Below, piece after piece: positions 60,507 through 64,000 of a stretch of DNA of 64,000 nucleotides. This stretch comes from Anthoceros angustus (lineage: Eukaryota > Plantae > Anthocerotophyta). Location of the stretch: contig MU008158.1 of NCBI GenBank assembly GCA_010909165.1, positions 556,581 through 620,580 on the forward strand. Direction: 5' to 3'. Below the pieces are notes generated by a model that saw only the letters and a list, made by a program, of their open reading frames with translations, did not search any database and had not been told where the DNA came from. The number at the start of each line of letters is the position of its first letter. Positions within the stretch are counted from its first letter, which is position 1. The position numbers and the translations under genes are program-made.

Positions 60507-61126
60507 CTAGTGACCATGAAGCGAGTTAATGCAATTGTAATGACTTCCTCCGTCGTACCATATGGTGATGGTACGTGAATCATTCTTGCGCGCTTTGGTG
60601 GGCTCATATGTCTGCAGGGGCATGACACCGCCTCGCACTCCACATAAATGCGGATGGGTCGGTGTAGAACTGTGCAGCATCGTGATCTCGAGTTCGCCGC
60701 CCCACTCCGTGCTCCTCTTCATCCTTTTGACATAGTCGGTGAAGTCCCCTTGACTACATCCTCGTAAGTCCGCCTTTGTCTTTCCAACTCGGCAACAGCC
60801 CGGCCGGAGGACGCCCGCCACACGCCTTGCGTCTCGTCATCCAACGGTGGTTTCAACCATGGAAGTTTGAGGCTGCCACGGAGCGGAATAGGCACTTGCC
60901 GTCCCCCAACGCCCAACTTCGTACTCATCTTGTTTGAGTATCCGAGTTCCTTTAGGTGCTACAAAGGGACCAAAAATAGTTGTCGGCGCCGTCTTTTCAC
61001 GCTTGTTCACTACTTTTGATGGTGTACATGTGTCGCGTGTCTTTGTTCTCTTGCACGTTTTGCCGCCTCCACCTTGGGCGATGCATCCAAGTCCCATAGT
61101 TTGCGTTTAACCCCAACGCGCCTCAT
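60507..61126 (-). CDS. OTU-domain cysteine protease, array copy C (frameshifted as assembled)
   Basis: ORF 60507..60821 contains GDFTDYVKRMKRSTEWGGELEITML and TITIWYDGGSHYNCINSLHGH*; GDGKCLFRS at about 60880-60906. Confidence 0.72.
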
Positions 61127-62686
61127 CGATTCTCTTGAGTCGCAAGACTAGCTGCAATTTGTCTCTCAAGCTTTCAATGTTGCCAAGTCAAGAAAAACTT
61201 TGTGCCTAGTTTTAGAACCGGGGCCCTACTTATACCTTTGAGCTATAACGAACGCACCATGCTCCAAGGAGAAACATGTCCTTGACCTTCGACACATGTA
61301 GTTTTATTTAGAGAATGTCGACACATGTGATTTGGGGCATGAGAGGAAAAATCCGGGATCGGAAAATTAATGCACCAAATTCTCTAGAAAAGCGACAAAG
61401 CTTGCGTGATGACGCTCAATAGTAGTGAGCGTTGAGACTTCTTGGGCTTGTTGTCGATTGACAAAACTCTATTGCAAGTGTTTTGTGTCCGGCGATTTAG
61501 ATCGATCTTGCTCCACACGCATGTTACTCCGCCTCCTTTGATCATGACCTCATCCCGGTGTGGCATGTCGGGATTGTTTTGTCCGAGTCATGACGCGTGA
61601 GTGTCGCATCCCGGAGTGGTGCGTCGTGCGTCGTTGTTCCGTTCACAATGTGGACTTAGTGGATGGGTGGACTTGCCTTTAGGCATTAATTACGAGGCCT
61701 ACAAAGATTTAACACTGGTCATCTTAGCTCTAGATGACGCTACGAGTTTGGTTTCGCATAATATTTAGTCCTGTTAAGTATGGACATCATGCCCGCTCCT
61801 CTCACCCATCCACTCTTCCCAACCTTCCTCATCTCCATTGACACACGTGAAACCTTTGTGCGATTGCTTGGGAAGTCTTCAAAATCCGCAACCTCTTGAC
61901 TACGGCGATGCATATGACTCCACGGAAGTTCCATCGTCGGTCAATCGCTCGAAGATTGGTATCAAAACCACGCGAGGCGTACTCCGTGCAGCGCATGCAT
62001 GATTACCACGACTCGTGTTTGCATGTGATCATCATTGTGATCTCTATGCTCGTGCCTCGTAAGCGGCGGTGGCCGTTTGGAACATGGGGAACAATGGTCT
62101 CCCTTGCGGACATCCGGTGATCGCACAATTGTAGATTCGTGTGAATTCTAACTCATTGCGGTTGGATGTGCAACGTCGCAAATGATGCGCTTTACAATGC
62201 AATGCTTTTACTCTATCGTCACCTGCCTACCTATGTACTACAAAGTGAGACCAAGGTCCAAGGAAGAAAAAAATGAACCAATCGTATAACTTACGATATT
62301 TCAAGGCCCAAGAAGATATCCTCCACGATTGCTTGCGGCTTAATTGTTTGAATCACTTTGTGTTGCTGAAGTTTGCAATTGCCCGTCGATGCCACTCGGG
62401 TGAGTTTAGGGTGTACACCATCCCGGAGTCTTGATGTGCGCAAGTGTCCCGCCCAGAGGAGTTGTGTATCGCGAGTGTTCCGTCAAGGAATCTTGGCGAC
62501 GCAACTGCCATCCGGGACTCGTGTACATGATCCCTAGGACTCGACGCCGCAGTGGAACGATAACTTTGAAGAAGGTTTTGACATAACGTATAAAAATATG
62601 GATTATCTAGCTAAATCCGGTTGGTTACATAGGACTTTGAGGCTCCTTGGCTTCCGTGAATAGAGTATTTCAACCGAGTTTTATAG

Positions 62687-63301
62687 CTAGTGACCATGAA
62701 GCGTGTTAATGCAATTGTAATGACTTCCTCCGTCGTACCATATGGTGATGGTACGTGAATCATTCTTGCGCGCTTTGGTGGGCTCATACGTCTAGGGCAT
62801 GACACCGCCTCGCACTCCACATAAATGCGGATGGGTCGGTGTAGAACTGTGGCAGCATCGTGATCTCGAGTTCGCCGCCCCACTCCGTGCTCCTCTTCAT
62901 CCTTTTGACATAGTCGGTGAAGTCCCTTCGACTACATCCTCGTAAGTCCGCTTTGTCTTTCCAACTCGGCAACAGCCCGGCCGGAGGACGCCCGCCACAC
63001 GCCTTGCGTCGTCATCCAACGGTGGTTTGAACCATGGAAGTTTGAGGCTGCCACGAGCGGAATAGGCACTTGCCTCGCAACGCGCCCAACTTCGTACTCA
63101 TCTTGTTTGAGTATCCGAGTTCCTTTAGGTGCTACAAAGGGACCAAAAATAGTTGTCGGCGCCGTCTTTTCACGCTTGTTCACTACTTTTGATGGTGTAC
63201 ATGTGTCGCGTGTCTTTGTTCTCTTGCACGCTTTTTGCCGCCTCCACCTTGGGCGATGCATCCAAGTCCCATAGTTTGCGTTTAACCCCAACGCGCCTCA
63301 T
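62687..63301 (-). CDS. OTU-domain cysteine protease, array copy D (frameshifted as assembled)
   Basis: WGGELEITML and RPIRIYVECEAVSC are visible in the ORF track; the Cys-loop region (~63070) carries small changes in this copy. Confidence 0.62.
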
Positions 63302-63767
63302 CGATTCTCTTGAGTCGCAAGACTAGCTGCAATTTGTCTCTCAAGCTTTCAATGTTGCCAAGTCAAGAAAAACTTTGTGCCTAGTTTTAGAACCGGGGCC
63401 CTACTTATACCTTTGAGCTATAACGCACCATGCTCCAAGGAGAAACATGTCCTTGACCTTCGACACATGTAGTTTTATTTAGAGAATGTCGACACATGTG
63501 ATTTGGGGCATGAGAGGAAAAATCCGGATCGGAAAATTAATGCACCAAATTCTCTAGAAAGCGACAAAGCTTGCAGTTGACGCTCAATAGTAGTGAGCGT
63601 TGAGACTTCTTGCGGCTTGTTGGGTCGATTGACAAAACTCTATTGCAAGTGTTTTGTGTCCGCGATTTAGATCGATCTTGCTCCACACGCATGTTACTCC
63701 GCCTCCTTTGATCATGACCTCATCCCGGAGTGGCATGTCGGGATTGTTTTGTCCTGTGAGTCATGAC

Positions 63768-64000
63768 GCGTGAGTGTCGATCCCGGAGTGGTGCGTCCGT
63801 GCGTCTTGTTGTTCCGTTCACAATGTGGACTTAGTGGATGGGTGGACTTGCCTTTAGGCATTAATTACGTAGGCCTACAAAGATTTAACATCGGTCATCT
63901 TAGCTCTAGATGACGCCAGCGTGAGTGTCGCATCCCGGAGTGGTGCGTCCGTGCGTCTTGTTGTTCCGTTCACAATGTGGACTTAGTGGATGGGTGGACT
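63768..64000. repeat. 151-bp local tandem duplication nested in the last array unit
   Basis: gcgtgagtgtcg... at 63768 restarts at 63919, directly after tagctctagatgacgc. Confidence 0.85.

Larger units (their letters stand above)
55860..64000. repeat. Head-to-tail array of ~2.18-kb units (about 3.7 copies, continuing past the window end)
   Basis: Landmark taggactc..gacgc..cgagtggaacgataactttgaagaagg at about 55980, 58180, 60354 and 62535; copies differ mostly by scattered 1-2-nt indels. Confidence 0.97.

Noticed and set aside
55860-64000. Array as 5S/45S rDNA, telomeric or snRNA repeat
   Set aside because: I see no rRNA, snRNA or (TTTAGGG)n similarity in the unit.

Overview
Gene-dense land-plant nuclear DNA with short (~60-110 nt) GT-AG introns. 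It is probably from a seed-free plant such as a hornwort; this is inferred from the PPR type and the compactness, not demonstrated. Positions 1-55.5 kb hold about 15 protein genes: four paralogous PLS-class E+ PPR RNA-editing factors ending in a truncated WW-type PG box, an XRI1-like gene with an internal 48-bp minisatellite, two GDA1/CD39 apyrase paralogs, ZNHIT6/BCD1, two tandem GT92 (GALS-like) galactosyltransferases, gamma-CAL, plastid RPS9, proteasome beta-1, an RLK/Pelle kinase, COG1 and the DEAH helicase PRP16. An intergenic block at 19-26.5 kb carries short repeats, a 173-bp satellite and a Ty3/Gypsy gag-protease relic. From ~55.9 kb to the window end runs a head-to-tail array of ~2.18-kb units (about 3.7 copies). 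Each unit carries a minus-strand OTU cysteine-protease gene whose consensus has a complete Asp/Cys/His motif set; this is the most unusual element in the window. Single-base frameshifts at homopolymers in otherwise intact genes (PRP16, RLK, PPR3, OTU copies) suggest residual long-read indel errors, so broken frames here should not be read as pseudogenes without raw-read checks.
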